From NCBI RefSeq assembly GCF_030144855.1, contig NC_082721.1:62062001-62126000 (forward strand): a stretch of 64,000 bases of DNA. Reading direction: 5' to 3'. Each line of letters opens with the position of its first letter. Within the stretch, counting starts at the first letter, position 1. This document shows, piece by piece, positions 25,657 through 39,254 of this stretch. This DNA is from Hypanus sabinus (taxonomy: Eukaryota). Under the pieces are notes generated by a model. It was given only the letters and a program-made list of their open reading frames with translations. It was not told where the DNA came from and made no database searches. The position numbers were made by a program, and so were the translations under genes.

Positions 25657-26058
25657 CCATAAGACCATAAGACACAGGAGCAGAATTAGGCCATCTGGCC
25701 CAATGAGTCTGCTCCACCATTCAATCATGGCTGATTCTTTTTCTTACTCCCAGTTCCTGGCCTTCTCCTCATAATGTTTGATGCCATGTCCAATCAAGAA
25801 CCTATTAATCTCTGCCTTAAATACAGCCAATGACCTGGCCTCCACAGCTACATGTGGCAACAAATTCCACAAATTCACCACCCTTTGGTTAAAGAAATTT
25901 CTCCACATCTCGTCTTGAAAGGGCACCCCTCTATCCTGAGGCTGTGCCCTCTTGTCCTAGATTCTCCCACCATGAGAAACATCCTTTCCACATCTACTCA
26001 GTCTAGGCCTTTCAACATTTGAAAGATTTCAATGAGATCATCCCTCATCCTTCTGAAT
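25657..26058 (-). mobile_element. CR1 LINE 3' fragment
   Basis: ORF 25744-25926 RNFFNQRVVNLWNLLP...FKAEINRFL; (ccataaga)2 tail; close match to 44361-44740. Confidence 0.88.
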
Positions 26059-26069
26059 TTGCCTTCCTA

Positions 26070-26640
26070 ATCATTGATACAATCTGGAAGAAGGCATGCC
26101 AGCGGCTACACTTCATTAGGAGTTGGAGGAGATTTGGTACACCATCAAAGACTCCAGCAAAAGCCCGGCAGAGAGCATTCCAACCAACTGCATCACATGC
26201 TGATACAGAGGGTTCAGAAGTGAAAAAAGATGCAGAGAGTCGTGGATTCAGTCAGCTCTATCACAGGCACAAGCCTCTCCACCACCGAGGAGATACTTGA
26301 GAGGCAGTGCCTCAAGGCGGCATCTGTCATTAAGGTCTGTCACCATCCAGGACTTGCCCTCTTCTTTTTACTACAGTTAGGGAAGAGATGCAGGAACCTG
26401 AAGTCGTACACTCAATATTTTAAGTGCAATTTCTTCCCCTCTACCATCAAATTCCTGAATGGACAAAGAACCTTTGAAAACTACAGCATTATTTTTGCTC
26501 TCTTCCTGCACTACTTATTTAATGTTTTCCAATATATTTTTATTATAATTTATAAATCTATGTATTGCACTGTACTGCTGCCACAAAACAACAATTTACA
26601 CAACATATGCCAGTGGTAATAAACATAATTCAGATTCTGA
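26070..26640 (+). mobile_element. Rex1/Babar LINE 3' fragment
   Basis: KKACQRLHFIRSWRRFG; QRVVDSVSSITGTSL; FFPSTIKFLN; ttcagattctga tail. Confidence 0.85.
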
Positions 26641-27224
26641 ATTATTTGATGCACTTCACTAACTTTGTTTCATATACACAAACAGTTTGATCATTAATTG
26701 GGTGGCTTTAATGGTTCTGGTACAATTAGAGAAGCCAATTCAAGAATGACTGAAGAAAACTCATTCAGAAAAAGAAAAGCTCACAAGACTAGTAGCCAAT
26801 GACGTTCAGCCCTTTGATGTTCCCTGACACAGCCAGAGGAGACGGCAATTAAAATTCAGCAGTTTATCTAATTACTGGGTATTAATGAGGGGGTTGCAAT
26901 AGATTTTGGCATCCAGAACAAAGGAGAGTGTGCTGTGGGTTCAGGGGTAGAGGGGCACAGGAAAACATCCAGAGATGAAGCTGTTGGCAAACTGGAAACG
27001 ACATCTGTGTGCTGGAATGCACTTGGCCAGGATACTCAATGGCTGACAGGCCTGCCAAGACTCAACACAGTGGGAAGCAGAGTTAGCTCCTTCAACCTAT
27101 AGCTGCCTTTCTCAGCCAAAGGCAAGGACCTTTTAAAACTTGCTTAATCTTACAGGGACTGATTGGTGGGGGGAGGGGGAGGAGTAAGAAAGGTCATCTC
27201 AGCTTAACAACTGCTGCTATAGAA

Positions 27225-27700
27225 AACACTGGAGCAACACACAAAATGCTGAGACAGTGGGTCAGGCAGCATCTACGGAGATAAATAAACAGTCAACAGT
27301 TTGGGCCAAGTTCAAACCAGGACTAGAACAGAAGGGGGCAGAGCCAGAATAACAAACTGGGGGAGGGGAAAAGAGTACAAGCTAACAGGTGATAGGCAAG
27401 ACCAGGTGAGGGCGGATGTTGGGTGGGTGGGGAAGGGAGATGAAGTGGAAAACTGGAAGAGGTAGGTGAAGGGCTGAAGAAAAAGGTCTCAGGGAGGAGA
27501 GCAGACCATGGGAGTCAGGGAAGGAGGAGGGGCACAATGCAGCGCAGTGAATGATCAGTGCATGACTATGTTTGGCTCACTTTTTGATTGTTAACACCCA
27601 ATCCGTTACCACACCTAGTTGGAGGAACTCAATCTGTCAGGCAGCATCTACGGAGGGAAATGGACAGTGACGTTTCAGACTAAGGCACTTGAGCAGACCT
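27225..27700 (-). mobile_element. Penelope-type short elements, two adjacent degraded pieces
   Basis: acacacaaaatgctg...ggcagcatctacggag...aaacagtcaac followed by the purine-rich body; second tail at 27620-27700 reads GAAACGTC on minus. Confidence 0.7.
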
Positions 27701-29309
27701 CACAATCACCTCGTTTCAGATTGCATCTTATTGTTTCCCTGCACTGCAGGTGAATGAGAGAGAAAGAGCAAGTATGAAGAAAGAGAGAAGAGAACAGGCC
27801 ACAGTGAAAAATAGATAGAAAGAATCCAACCACATTAAAGCATTGCCCCAATATTTTATAAATTCATACAATTTGACTAAGGTATTTTTATGAACTTTCC
27901 CCCAATAATGACTCATTCAACAATAGTAACAGTTCCAACTGCACAGCACGCTGCCAACAGGAAATGTTTGGAAAGTCTCAGTTAGGACTATTACTGCTCA
28001 GGAACATTAACCTCACTCGAATAAACCGGTGCACATGCTGGATGTGTTTCCACTGTTCTTTCATTTCAGGTACTCTGTTAAAGTCGCCCAAGCTCTCCCA
28101 GCAACTTGCCATTTCCCGAAAGCCATGGGTCCCCTGAAGTCCTGTGCCCAAGTAGCAAAGAGCTGGTGGCTATTGATACAGGCATCCGTCTGGAACAGAG
28201 CAACATCAGAGGAAAGCTTGCAGTGCACAAGTCTCCCATTGAGGCTCAGTAAGCTCACAGTGAGAGCTCTCTGGTCTGTCCTACTCACCGATAGAAATCC
28301 AATACAGTTTACAGGGATAGTCAGGCAGGCTAGGACCTCATTCACTGAAGCAGAGGAGAAGTAGGGGTGATATTATAAAATCATGAGAGACAACGATATG
28401 AAGAATGCACACAGTCATTTTCTCTCTGGGATTGGGGAATCAAGAACTACAGGTTTAAGATGAGGGATTTAACGGGGGGGCTGCAAGTTGCAGAGGCAGG
28501 TACAATAACAGCATCTTTAAGGCTTGGACAAGTACAGTGTGTGGATAGCCAAGTTTAAAGGGTGAAACATGGGCAAATGAGACCAGCTTAAATAGGCATC
28601 TGAGTCATCATGGACCAATTGGGCCAAAGGGCCTGTTTCCTTTATATAACTAGTTCATCATTGTAGGGGCTAGAGTGTACCCTGGATAAAGAGGATAACA
28701 TATTAATTTGACAATGCTGTAAAAATGAAAGCTATAATCAATAATAAAACTAAGAGAGGGGTATCTGGGAAATAAAGATCAAAAACTAGTGTCAATAAAG
28801 GTCAAAGGGACTAACATCCATGCTGAGACTAGAGTTTGAAACCTGTATCTTTGAACATTGGTCATCTATTGAATTGACGCCACTAAGGTAAAACAGGTGG
28901 ATTTTTTAAAATAACAGTCCCATAGTTTTATGGTTAAATATACATACGAGTAAGGAAGTCATGTTGCAGATGCTTAAAACTTTAGTTAAGAGTACTTGGA
29001 GTAATTAACAGCTCTGGTCACCCCACTAAAGGAGAGACATGGAGTCTGACTAAAACATGATTTTACTCCAAATTTACCAGAATATCTACTCATCTATTCT
29101 TCTTGTAATTTTGTAAACTTCATTAGGTCTCCCCTCAGCCTCTAATACTCTATAGAAAACAACACAATTTTGTCCAAACTGTCCTCCTAATCCAGACAGC
29201 ATCTTAATAAACCTCTGCTGACCATCTCCAAAGCCTCCACAGGTGAAAAGCAGAATTAGAATGTTTGGCCCATCCACTCTGCTCTGCCATTCGAAAATGG
29301 CCAGCTCAA

Positions 29310-30090
29310 GTTCAAAGTACATTTATTATCAAAGTATGTATACTATATTCAGCCTTGAGATTTGTCTTCTTGCAGACAGCCACACACCAAAGAAACACAC
29401 TAGAGCCCATTAAAAAACCCAAGTAACAAATCGTCAAACACCCAATGTGCAAAAAAGAACAAATTGTGCAAACGATAAAAAGTGCCGTCCAGCGCATAAA
29501 CCTCACGGAGTAGTGAGCGGAACACTAGTTTGTCCTATCAAATCGTGCAAGTAGTTTTAAAAAAGTAAACAAAAACACATGGAACATGAACTGCAATCCC
29601 CGAAAATGAGTCCGCAGCTGTGGAGGCCGTGCAGTGATGAGGTGAGTGGAGCCTGTGGCTGCAGGCCATCAATTGCTCCCTGGCAGACTCCAGCATCTCT
29701 CACCCAACAGTAATAGTGAGAAGAGAGGGAAACTGATCAAACCAGATGCTGTTCAGAAGTATATTGACATACAACATCGAACAGGCCCTTCCAGTCTTCG
29801 AGCAACAATGCCCAGTAATCCCCAACTTAACCCTAGCCTAATCATGGGAAAAGTTACAATGACCAGTTAACCTACAAACCGGTACGTCTTTGACTGTGGG
29901 AGGAAACCCACGCGATCACGGGGAGAATACATCAACTCCTTACAGGCAACTGCAGGAATTGAACCCATGTCACTGGAACTGTAGAGCGCTGTGCTAACCT
30001 CCATGCTGCCGTGCTGTACCGAGTATCTAGTAGTTTTGTGAGCTGCCTGAAAAATGTTGTCCATTGGTCGCCGCTGCCACTTTGCCCAGA
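29310..30090 (-). mobile_element. Rex1-tailed non-coding retroelement with a nested V-SINE (~29770-30018)
   Basis: Tail ttcaaagtacatttattatcaaagta...; the nested SINE has reverse V-domain gggaggaaacccacgcgatcacggggagaa and reverse B-box ggaattgaaccc. Confidence 0.6.
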
Positions 30091-31789
30091 TTGGTTTTTC
30101 AAATCCGATTTCCCAAATTCAAAAAAAATTCCATAAAAAAGATTCTAACGTCACCTCTAGGAGATAACCCTCTGAGGTAATCCTGAGGTGGGGTGAGAGT
30201 TTGTGAAAGCCAGTTCAAGAACCTGTTGGCTGTAGGAAAGTAGCTTCTTCTAAACCTGGTGGTGTGGGATTTTAGCCTTCTGTACCACTATGTGCAGAAT
30301 TATCAATTTAAAAGCCTTATTTTTGCCATACTTCTATATAAATATGTATCTACAAGTAGCAAGTACTAGTTATTCAAAGATCATCTGACTTGCATATCAT
30401 GTGTGCAGCTAAAGGTTGAGCACTTTCACCTCAATCTATAGCCATTAACTTTCAGCTTGCAAGCCAGAATTCTTCATGTTTCAAGAAAATTCCCACACTC
30501 ATTATTCTGCGTTATTACTCCCATCTCGTGGACTTGGCAGGTTAACAGTTCACACCTTGGCAGTTCAAAATTGAAAAAAAATATTTTGGAAAGGAAAAGA
30601 TAGCAATGAAGGTCTCTGTTGGAGTAGAAGCAAAGTTCACCACTAATTTCAAGGAAGACACATTTGTTGACCTTACTAGAGGGTATCACGATTCAGGCAG
30701 AGCAGACAGCTACAGAGCAATGCACGCCTCATTGTGCCTCTTTGACTTATAACCTTATGCCAATTGATTGTGATTTTAAGAACGAATAATCCAAGAATAC
30801 ACACAAAATGCTGAAGGAACTCAGCAGGCCAGGCAGCATCTATGGAAAAAGCACGTGTGTGTTGTTGGATTTCCAGCATCTACAGATTTTCTCTTGTTTA
30901 TTATTAGACAACTACACAGATCAGGTCTGCTTTAAAATCATTCGTTCTTAAAACCATGATCACTGGCATAAGATTATAAGTCAAAGAGGCAAAATGAGGC
31001 TATTCGGCCTCCGCCCATTGAGTCTGCTCCACCATCTGATCATGGCTGAGTTATTTTCCCTCTCAATCACATTCTCCCCATAAGTCAGCCATGATCGAAT
31101 GGCAGAGCAGACTCAATGAGCCGAATGAACTAACTGTGCCTCCAATAGAAAAAGCCCTTGTAACGCGCTCCATGGGTGTATGGCGGCTGCAGACGCATCA
31201 CTCTCTTTGCCCAACCATGAACAATGTTATAGGAGATTCACATCAACTGTCGCACACTGTGAACAGAGACCCTGAAGTAACTGTGGCATTGCCAGACTCT
31301 TCTCACAGGGAAGCTATCGATGAGCAAAGTGTTAATTTTTACCTTCAAATATGCTGCTAGTTTAGTTATTGACTCATCGATTGATTGTGATCCAATGTGG
31401 AATAGGCCCTTTGAGTCACACTGCTCAGCAATCGCCAATCTTACTGTAGCCTAATCACAGGACAATTTACAGTGACCAATTAGCCTACTGACCAGTACAT
31501 CTTTGTACTATGGGAGGAAACTAGAGCACCCAGAGGAAATCCGCGAGTAGAACGCACAAACTCCTTACAGACAGCGGCATGAAATGAACCCAGGTCGCTG
31601 GGACTGTAAACCATTGTGCTAACCACTACACTACCATGCTGCCCAACAGCTTGACCTCCACATCTGTCTGTGGCAATGAATTGCACAGATACCCTCTGGT
31701 TAAAGAAATTCATCTTCTGTTCTAAATGATTGTCCATTTAATCCTTCTGGAGACTTCTTGCTTCCTCAATACTACCAGCCCCTCTACCT

Positions 31790-33810
31790 AGTATCTTCAT
31801 ATCATCTGTAAACTTGGCACAAAGCAGCAACTCCTTCATACAAATCATCAACACCAACCCATGCAGAACAACACTAGTCAACCTGCAGCCAAACAGAACA
31901 GACACCCTTTATTCCCACTCTGCCTCCTGCAGGTCAGTCAATGCCTTCCTGTAATACCATGGGCTCTTATCTCATGTGCAGCACCTTAGTAAAGGCCTTC
32001 TGAAAGTCCAAGAAAACAACATCCACCGACTCTCCTTTGTCCATCCTACCTGTTACTTTCTTACAGGATTCCAGCAGATTTGTCAGGCAACATTTCCCCT
32101 TAAGGAAAACATGCTGACTTTGGTATTTAGAGGCACATGATAAAATAAGCCAAAAACCTTGATCCTTAATTATGGACTCCAACATCTTCCCAACTACTCA
32201 GGTCAGGCTAACTGGTCTGTAATTTCTTTTCTTTCTGCCTCCCTTCCTTCTTAAAGAGTGGAGTGACATTTTCAATTTTTCAGTCCTCCAGAACCATTTC
32301 AGAATCCAGTGATTCTCAGAAGATCATTACCAATGCCTCCACAATCTCTTCAGCTGCCTCTTTTAGAACCCTGGAGTGTAGTCCATCTGGTCTGGGTGAC
32401 CTTTCCATCTTTAGACTTTTCAACTTCCCAAAGCACCCTCTCCTTAACAGTAGCAGCTACCTTCACCCCTGTCCCTGACACTCTTGAATTTCTAGCACAC
32501 CGCTAGTGTCTTCCAAAATGAAGACAGTTGCAAAATGCCTATTAATTTCATCCACCATTTCCTCGTCCCCGATTACCACCTCTCCAGTGTTATCCTCCAG
32601 AGTGTCATATCCACTTTCAGCTATCTTTTACTCTATATACCTCTGAAAAAATCTTTTGGTATCCTCTTTTATATTATGGCTGGCTTACCTTCAGATTTTA
32701 TCTTTTCTCTCCTTATGGCTTTTAGATGTCTTCTGTTGGTTTTTAAAAGCTTCCCAATCCTCTAATCTCTCACTAATATTTGCTATATATCTGCCCACTC
32801 TTTTGTTTTTATGCTGTCTTTGATATCCCTTCTTCATCTTTGGGATGTATCTATCTTATACCTTCCACATTGCTCCCAGAAACTCCAGACACTGTTGTCA
32901 TCCCTGCCAGTGTCTCCTCCCAATTAACTCTGGCCAACTTATCTCTCCTGCCTCTCTAATTCCCTTTACTCCACTAATATACCTGACTTCATCTTCTCCT
33001 TTCAAACTTCAGAGTGAAATCTATCATATTATGATAATTGTCACCCAAGGACTCCTTTGCCTTTTGTTCCTTAACCAAATCTGGTCATTACACAACACTC
33101 AATCCAGAACTGCCTTTCCCCTAGTGGGCTCAGCCACCAGCTGCTCTAAAAGCTATTCTCCCTAGGCATTCTACAAATTTCCTCTCGAGATCGAGCACCA
33201 ACGTGATTTTCCCAATCTACCTGCATAACACTGCTTTTTGACATGCCTTTTCTACCTCTGCTTGTAATTTATATCTCACATCCTGGCTTCTGTTTGGAGG
33301 CCTTTATATAACTCCAATCAGAACCTTTTTATCCTTGTAGTTTCCTAACTCCACCTACAATGATCCCACATCTTCCAGTCTATGTCACTTCTTTCTAATG
33401 ATTTGATTTCATTTTTTACCAACAGAGCCACCTGTCTACCTGCCTGTCCTTTCGATATAATATGTATCTTTGGATGCTAAGCTCCCAACTATGATCTTCA
33501 TTCAACCATGACTCAGTGATGCCTACAAACATCATATCTGCTAATCTCTAACTGCTCTACAAGATCAAGTTCCTTATACTGTATACTACAGTACGTGAAT
33601 TCAATTATAACCCTCAGTCCTGTATTCATCACCCTTTTCAATTTTGCTCCCATGTTCCACTGTAATTCATCCCACTGACTGCAATTCTGCCCTGTCATCT
33701 GCCTGTCCTTCCTCACAGTCTCACTATACACTACATCTACTTGTGCACAACTGCTCATCCTTAGTCCTATCACTTCAGTTTCCATCCCCCCGCTAAATTA
33801 GTTTCACACC
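31790..33810 (-). mobile_element. Long degraded CR1 LINE (end of ORF1 through endonuclease to RT)
   Basis: ORF 31967-32185 LESIIKD...SQHVFLKGKCCLTNLLE...VDVVFLDFQKAF; ORF 33513-33785 SIQYKELDLVEQLEISRYDV (endonuclease N-terminus); many frameshifts. Confidence 0.85.
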
Positions 33811-34184
33811 CAAGTGAGATCTTTGAACAGTTATAACAAAATGTAACACAATCATCATGAACAATATTAACAGGAGGCAAAGCACTCTTTTATTGGAAGG
33901 AATCAAGGCTAGCTGATTCAGTATTTGTGGAAATGGTCAAAATCAAGGTTTCTGTAAGAACAATAAACGTTTGTTATTTTCTTCCATTCAGTCCATCTTC
34001 GTGGTGCATTATTTTAGGAAGACTAGGGTATTGTCAAGGATGCCTGCCACCTTGCCCATTCCCTTTCCCCTCTTCTACCTTCCAGGAGATGACACAGGAC
34101 CTTGGAACCATAATCAGCGAGTCCTGGGGTCAGGGCCCAAGGTCAAACCCGTGATCAAATCACCAATAACCCAGAGGATGGTAG

Positions 34185-34401
34185 CCGGCTGGTGGTGTAG
34201 TGGCATCAGTGCTGGACTTCAAAGCGAAGGCTCCAGAGTTCAAATCCAGTCGGCTCCCTTCCACGCTGTCTGTCCTTGATGGGTTGAGCATTCAGCTAGC
34301 AACTGGGCCTCGTAAAAACAAGAAAGTCTGCTTAAAAAAAACACCATCATGACAGCGTCCCAATGACTCCACTCGGAGTTGAGGGCTTTCTTCTTCTTCT
34401 T
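34185..34401 (+). mobile_element. tRNA-head SINE with RTE-like body, (TTC)n tail and 14-bp TSD
   Basis: A-box tggtgtagtgg, B-box gagttcaaatcc, RTE-5'UTR-like gggttgagc...gctagcaac...cctcgtaaaaa; TSD ccagaggatggtag at 34171-34184 and 34402-34415. Confidence 0.85.
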
Positions 34402-35577
34402 CCAGAGGATGGTAGAGTTTGGGGTGGGGGGGGTAAAGCTGAAGCTTGAAGTCAAGAGGTTGAAGGCCCTGGTTCAGCTTGATGGAGGTCAGAGACCCAA
34501 TGCCTGCAGCCAAGGACCATGGCCAGAGGTGGCCTGTATGCGTGTGAGAGAAGCGTGGGTGAGGGGGAGGGTGGGGAAAGGGGCTTGTTTTGCTGTTGCC
34601 TTCTTTTGCTGCTGCCTCTGTTGTTCTGATGGTTATGGCAAGCATGCTATGTTGGGACCAGAATGTGTGGCAATACTTCCGGGCTGCCCCATCACAACCC
34701 TGAATCTGAACATCCAGAATCCAGTCTCCTTCCTCGCAGGCCTTTTCCAGAGGTGTTGCTATGTTCTCAGATTCTTGACTCTCAGATAATGCATTTCTTT
34801 CTGCAGTACTTCAGAATGCATCATTCTTCTTTATATATTATTACCAGGTATTCTGTGAGCTTTGTGCAAACAAAGAATATCAGTGCACCTTGGCATATAC
34901 TACAATAAACTAATTTAAACTAATCTAAAGGCATTAGTGACGTATACAACTTGGTTTCCCTCAGACACATTTTTACTCACTAGCTAGGTCTAATGAGGCA
35001 GATGCATTATAACCATGGTTAATGAGACCCAATTACTTAGCGAGATGACAACATTGACCCTTGGCGTTCACAGCAAAGTTCAGCAAACAGCCCGTTCAAT
35101 GCCCAGCATTCTCAGCCATGTTCACCAAAGAATTCCTGATGGCTGACATCAATCAACAGAGAATGAGTCATTGTTAACACTTATTCTGTAATCTTCTGTG
35201 TCTTCTGTTTGAAAGTAAACAATCAAGGGAATATTTGTCAGGCAGCTAGTTTCAAATCAGAAGATTGTGCAGCCAGGAATTAGGCAAGAGTGTGTTAATC
35301 AACAATATGCTCTTCCTTTCTACTCGCTTCTTTGACGATGCTTAGCTCCTTGCTACCATACAGTGCCTTTGGTCTCAATGGCCTCTCACACTTCACTTAT
35401 CTGCACAAGAGCCTCACTAAGTGCTGCTGAAATCACTAACCATTCTCAAAGTACATAACGCCACCATATACTATACCGAGATTCATTTTATTGCAAGCAT
35501 TCACTGCAGAACAAAAAGACAATAAAATCAATGAAAAAAAACTACACAAAGACAGACAAACAACCAACGTGCAAAAT

Positions 35578-36250
35578 AAGAGGGACTTGGGAGTCCTTGT
35601 GCAGGATTCCCGAAGGGTAACTTGCAGGTTGAGTCAGTGGTAAGGAAGGCAAATGCAGTGATGGCATTCGTTTTGAGATGACTAGAATATAGAAGCAAGA
35701 ATGCATTGGTAAGGATTAGTCAGAATGCACTTGAAATATTGTGAGCAATTTTCTGCTTCTTATCTAAGAAAAGATGTGCTGGCATTGGAGAGCTTCCAAA
35801 TAAAGTTCACAAGAATGATTCAGAATACGAAAGGGTTAACATATAACAAGCACTTACGGCTCTGGAATTGTACTTGTTGGAATTTAGAAGAATGGGTGGG
35901 GGATCCCAGTGTAACAAACCAGATACTGAAAGGCCCAAATAGAGTGGATATGGAGAGGATTTTTTCTGTAGTGGGTGAGTGTAGGACCAGAGGGCACAAC
36001 CTCAGAATAGAGGAACATCCATTAAGAACAGAACTGAGGAGGAATTTCCTTAGCCAGAAGTTAGTGAACTTGTGGAATTCCTTGCCATAGATGGCTGTGG
36101 AGTTCAAGTTATTGAGTATATTTAAAGTGAAGGTTGATAAGATTATTAAGGGTGTAAAAGGTTATGGGGAGAATGGGGTTGAGTGGGATAATAGATCATT
36201 CACGGTGGGATAGTGGAACAGACCTGACGTGCTGAATAGCCCAATTCTAG
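35578..36250 (+). mobile_element. CR1 LINE 3' fragment
   Basis: ORF 35725-36090 HLKYCEQFSASYLRKDVLALE...RNFLSQKLVNLWNSLP. Confidence 0.88.
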
Positions 36251-36565
36251 TCTCATTTTGACACCCAGAAACTGGAAGCTGCTCACCCTTTCCACTGCTG
36301 ACCCAATTATGCATGTTTTCTCCTGACTTTGTCTTCCTGAAGTCTACAATCAGTTCCATAACACTGAGATAAAACTGCGTTACATACTCTGGATTGAAGT
36401 AGTTTGTTCTCTCCAAAATTCAAAGGCAAAACACCCCTGGACCAGAAGCAGAATCGGCAGAAGTACTTGGTCAGGCACTTCAAAACCCACAAAACCAACA
36501 TAAAAACAAGTAATCTTTGACATGCAGGAACAACCTCGGGTGTAAAAGTATCGGTGCTGTTAGAA

Positions 36566-39025
36566 CCATAGAATCATAGAACATTACAGCACAGAAACAG
36601 ACCTTTTGGCCCTTCTTGGCTGTGCCGAACCATTTTTCTGCCTAGTCCCACTGACCTGGACCTGGGCCATATCCCTCCAAACCCCTCTCATCCACGTACC
36701 TGTCCAAGTTTTTCTTAAATGTCAAAAGTGAGCCCGCATTTACCACTTCATCTGGCAGCTCATTCCACACTCCCACCACTCTCTGCATGAAGAAGCCCCC
36801 CCCCCATGTTCCCTTTCAACTTTTCCCCCTTCACCCTTAACCCATGACCTCTGGTTTTTTACTCCCCTAGCCTCAGTGGAAAAAGCCTGCTTGATTTCGC
36901 TCTATCTATACCCATCATAATTTTATACACCTCTATCAAATCACCCCTTATTCTCCTACGCTCCAGGGAATAAAGTCCTAACCTATTCAACCTTTCTCTG
37001 TAACTCAGTTTCTCAAGTCCCGGCAACATCTTTGTAAACTTTCCCTGCACTCTTTCAACCTTATTAATATCCTTCCTGTAATTAGGTGACCAAAACTGCA
37101 CACAATACTCCAAATTCGGTCTCACCAATGTCTTATACAACTTCACCGTTACATTTCAACTCTTATACTCAATACTTTGATTTATAAAGGCCAATGTACC
37201 AAAAGCTCTCTTTACAATCCTGTCTACTCATGACACCACTTTTAGGGAATTAGGTATCTATACTCCCAGGTCCCTCTGTTCTACTGCACTCCTCAGTGTC
37301 CTACCATTTACCTTGTATGTTCTACATTGGTTTGACCTTCCGAAGTGCAATACCTCACACTTGCCCGCATTAAACTCCATCTGCCATTTTTCTGCCCATT
37401 CCTCCAACTGATCCAAATCCCTCTGCAAGCTTTGAAAACCTTCCTCACTTTTTTCTCCAATCTTTGTATCATCAGCAAATTTGCTGATCCAATTTGCTAC
37501 ATTATCATCCAGATCATTGATATAGATGACAAATAACAATGGACCCAGCACTGATTCCTGTGGCACACCACTAGTCACAGGCCTCCACTCAGAGTAGCAA
37601 TCCTCCACTACCACTCTCTGGCTTCTTCCATTGAGCCAATGTCTAATCCAATCTACTACCTCTCCATGTACACCTAGCAAATGAATCTTCCAAATTAACC
37701 TCCCATGCGGGACTTACTGAAAGTCCTTACTGAAAAAAGGCCTTACTGAAGTCCATGTATACAACATCCACTGCCTTTCTTTCATCCACTTTCCTGGTAA
37801 CTTCCTCGAAAAACTCTGATAGATTGGTTAAACATGACCTACCACACACAAAGCCATGCTGACTGTTTCTAATAAGTCCCTGTCTATCCAAATACTTGTA
37901 GATCCTATCTCTTAGAATTCCTTCCAATAATTTACCTACTACCGATGTCAAACTTACCGGCCTATAATTTCCTGGCTTACTTTTTGAGCCCTTTTTAAAC
38001 AACGGAACTACATGAGCTATCCTCCAATCCTCCAGCACCTGACCTGTGGATATCGACATTTTAAATATTTCTGCCAGGGCCCCTGCAATTTCAACCCTAG
38101 TCTCCCTCAAGGGCCGAGGGAATACCCTGTCAGGTCCTGGGGATTTATCTACTCTGATTTGCCTCAAGACAGCAAGCACCTCCTTCTCTTTAATCCGTAT
38201 AAGTTCCACGACGTCCCTACTTGTTTGCCTTGTTTCCATAGACTCTGTTCCAATTTCCTTAGTAAATACAGATGCAAAAAAACCATTTAATATCTCTCCC
38301 ATTTCTTTTGGTTCCATACATAGCCGACCACTCTGATCTTCAAGAGGGCCAATTTTAACCCTTACTTTCCTTTTACTCTGAACATACCTGTAGAAGCTCT
38401 TAGGATTATCCTTCACCCTGACTGCCAAAGCAACCTCATGTCTTCTTTTAGCCCTCCTGATTTCTTTCTTAAATATTTTCTTACTCTTTTTATACTCCTC
38501 ACGCATCTTAATTCCTCCCTGTTGCCTTTACATGGTATACATCTCTCTTCACTCCTGATGAAGGGTTTCGGGCCGAAACGTCGTCACTACCTCCTCCCAT
38601 AGATGCTGTCTGGCCTGCTGAGTTCTGCCAGCATTTTGTGTTTTTATACATCTCTCTCTTCTTCTTTATCAGAGTTCCAATATCCCTCGAGAACCAAGGT
38701 TCCTTATTCTTATTCATTTTGCCTCTAACCCTGACAGGAACATACAAACCCTGAACTCGCAAAATTTCTCCTTTGAAGGCCTCCCGCTTACCAATCACAT
38801 CCTTGCCAGAGAACAACCTGTCCCAATCTACGCATTTTTGATTCTTTCTCATTTCTTCAAATTTGGCCTTTTTCCAGTTTAGAACCTCAACCCGAGGACC
38901 AGATCTATCTTTATCCATGATCAAGTGGAAACTAATGATGTTATGATCACTGGAACCAAAGTGTTCCACTACACACACTTCCGTCACCTGCCCTAACTCA
39001 TTTCCTAATAGGAGATCGAATATTG
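36566..39025 (-). mobile_element. ~2.45-kb 5'-truncated, relatively young CR1 LINE ORF2 pseudogene (endonuclease C-terminus, RT, 3' UTR)
   Basis: GSSDHNIISF (38508-38987); DKSPGPD, NYRPVSLTSVVGKLLE, QHGF, YMDFSKAF (37727-38506); SGVPQESVLGPLLFVIYIND, KFADDTK (37258-37680); LEYCVQFWSP (36859-37146). Confidence 0.96.
38549..38644 (+). mobile_element. 96-bp Penelope-type hammerhead-bearing insertion with 13-bp TSD, nested in CR1 ORF2
   Basis: TSD tatacatctctct at 38536-38548 and 38645-38657; insert contains CTGATGA (38555-38561) agggtttcgggcc GAAA (38575-38578) cgTC. Confidence 0.88.
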
Positions 39026-39254
39026 CATATGTTTTTGGCCATCCTCACCTTTTGTTCCTATTTATTTTTCAAACTCACCATGCCAGGTACCGTGGAATTT
39101 ACCATCACAGTGCTGTGCAGGCTAGGTCAATGGAAGTATTTAGAGAAAAAGTACGTACATTTCTGGGAAAATAGTAAATTGAGGGCCATGTCTGGATACA
39201 TCACAGGCTGGCATAGTAACTGCACTGCACAGGTCAGCAAGAAATTGTAGATGG

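Noticed and set aside
34185-34260. tRNA-like A and B boxes here and in many V-SINE heads
   Set aside because: They are SINE heads attached to bodies, tails and a TSD; I could not form a convincing cloverleaf.
36566-39025. Long RT-containing ORFs as a functional gene or novel RT system
   Set aside because: Ordinary CR1 ORF2 that is 5'-truncated, frameshifted and interrupted by an insertion.
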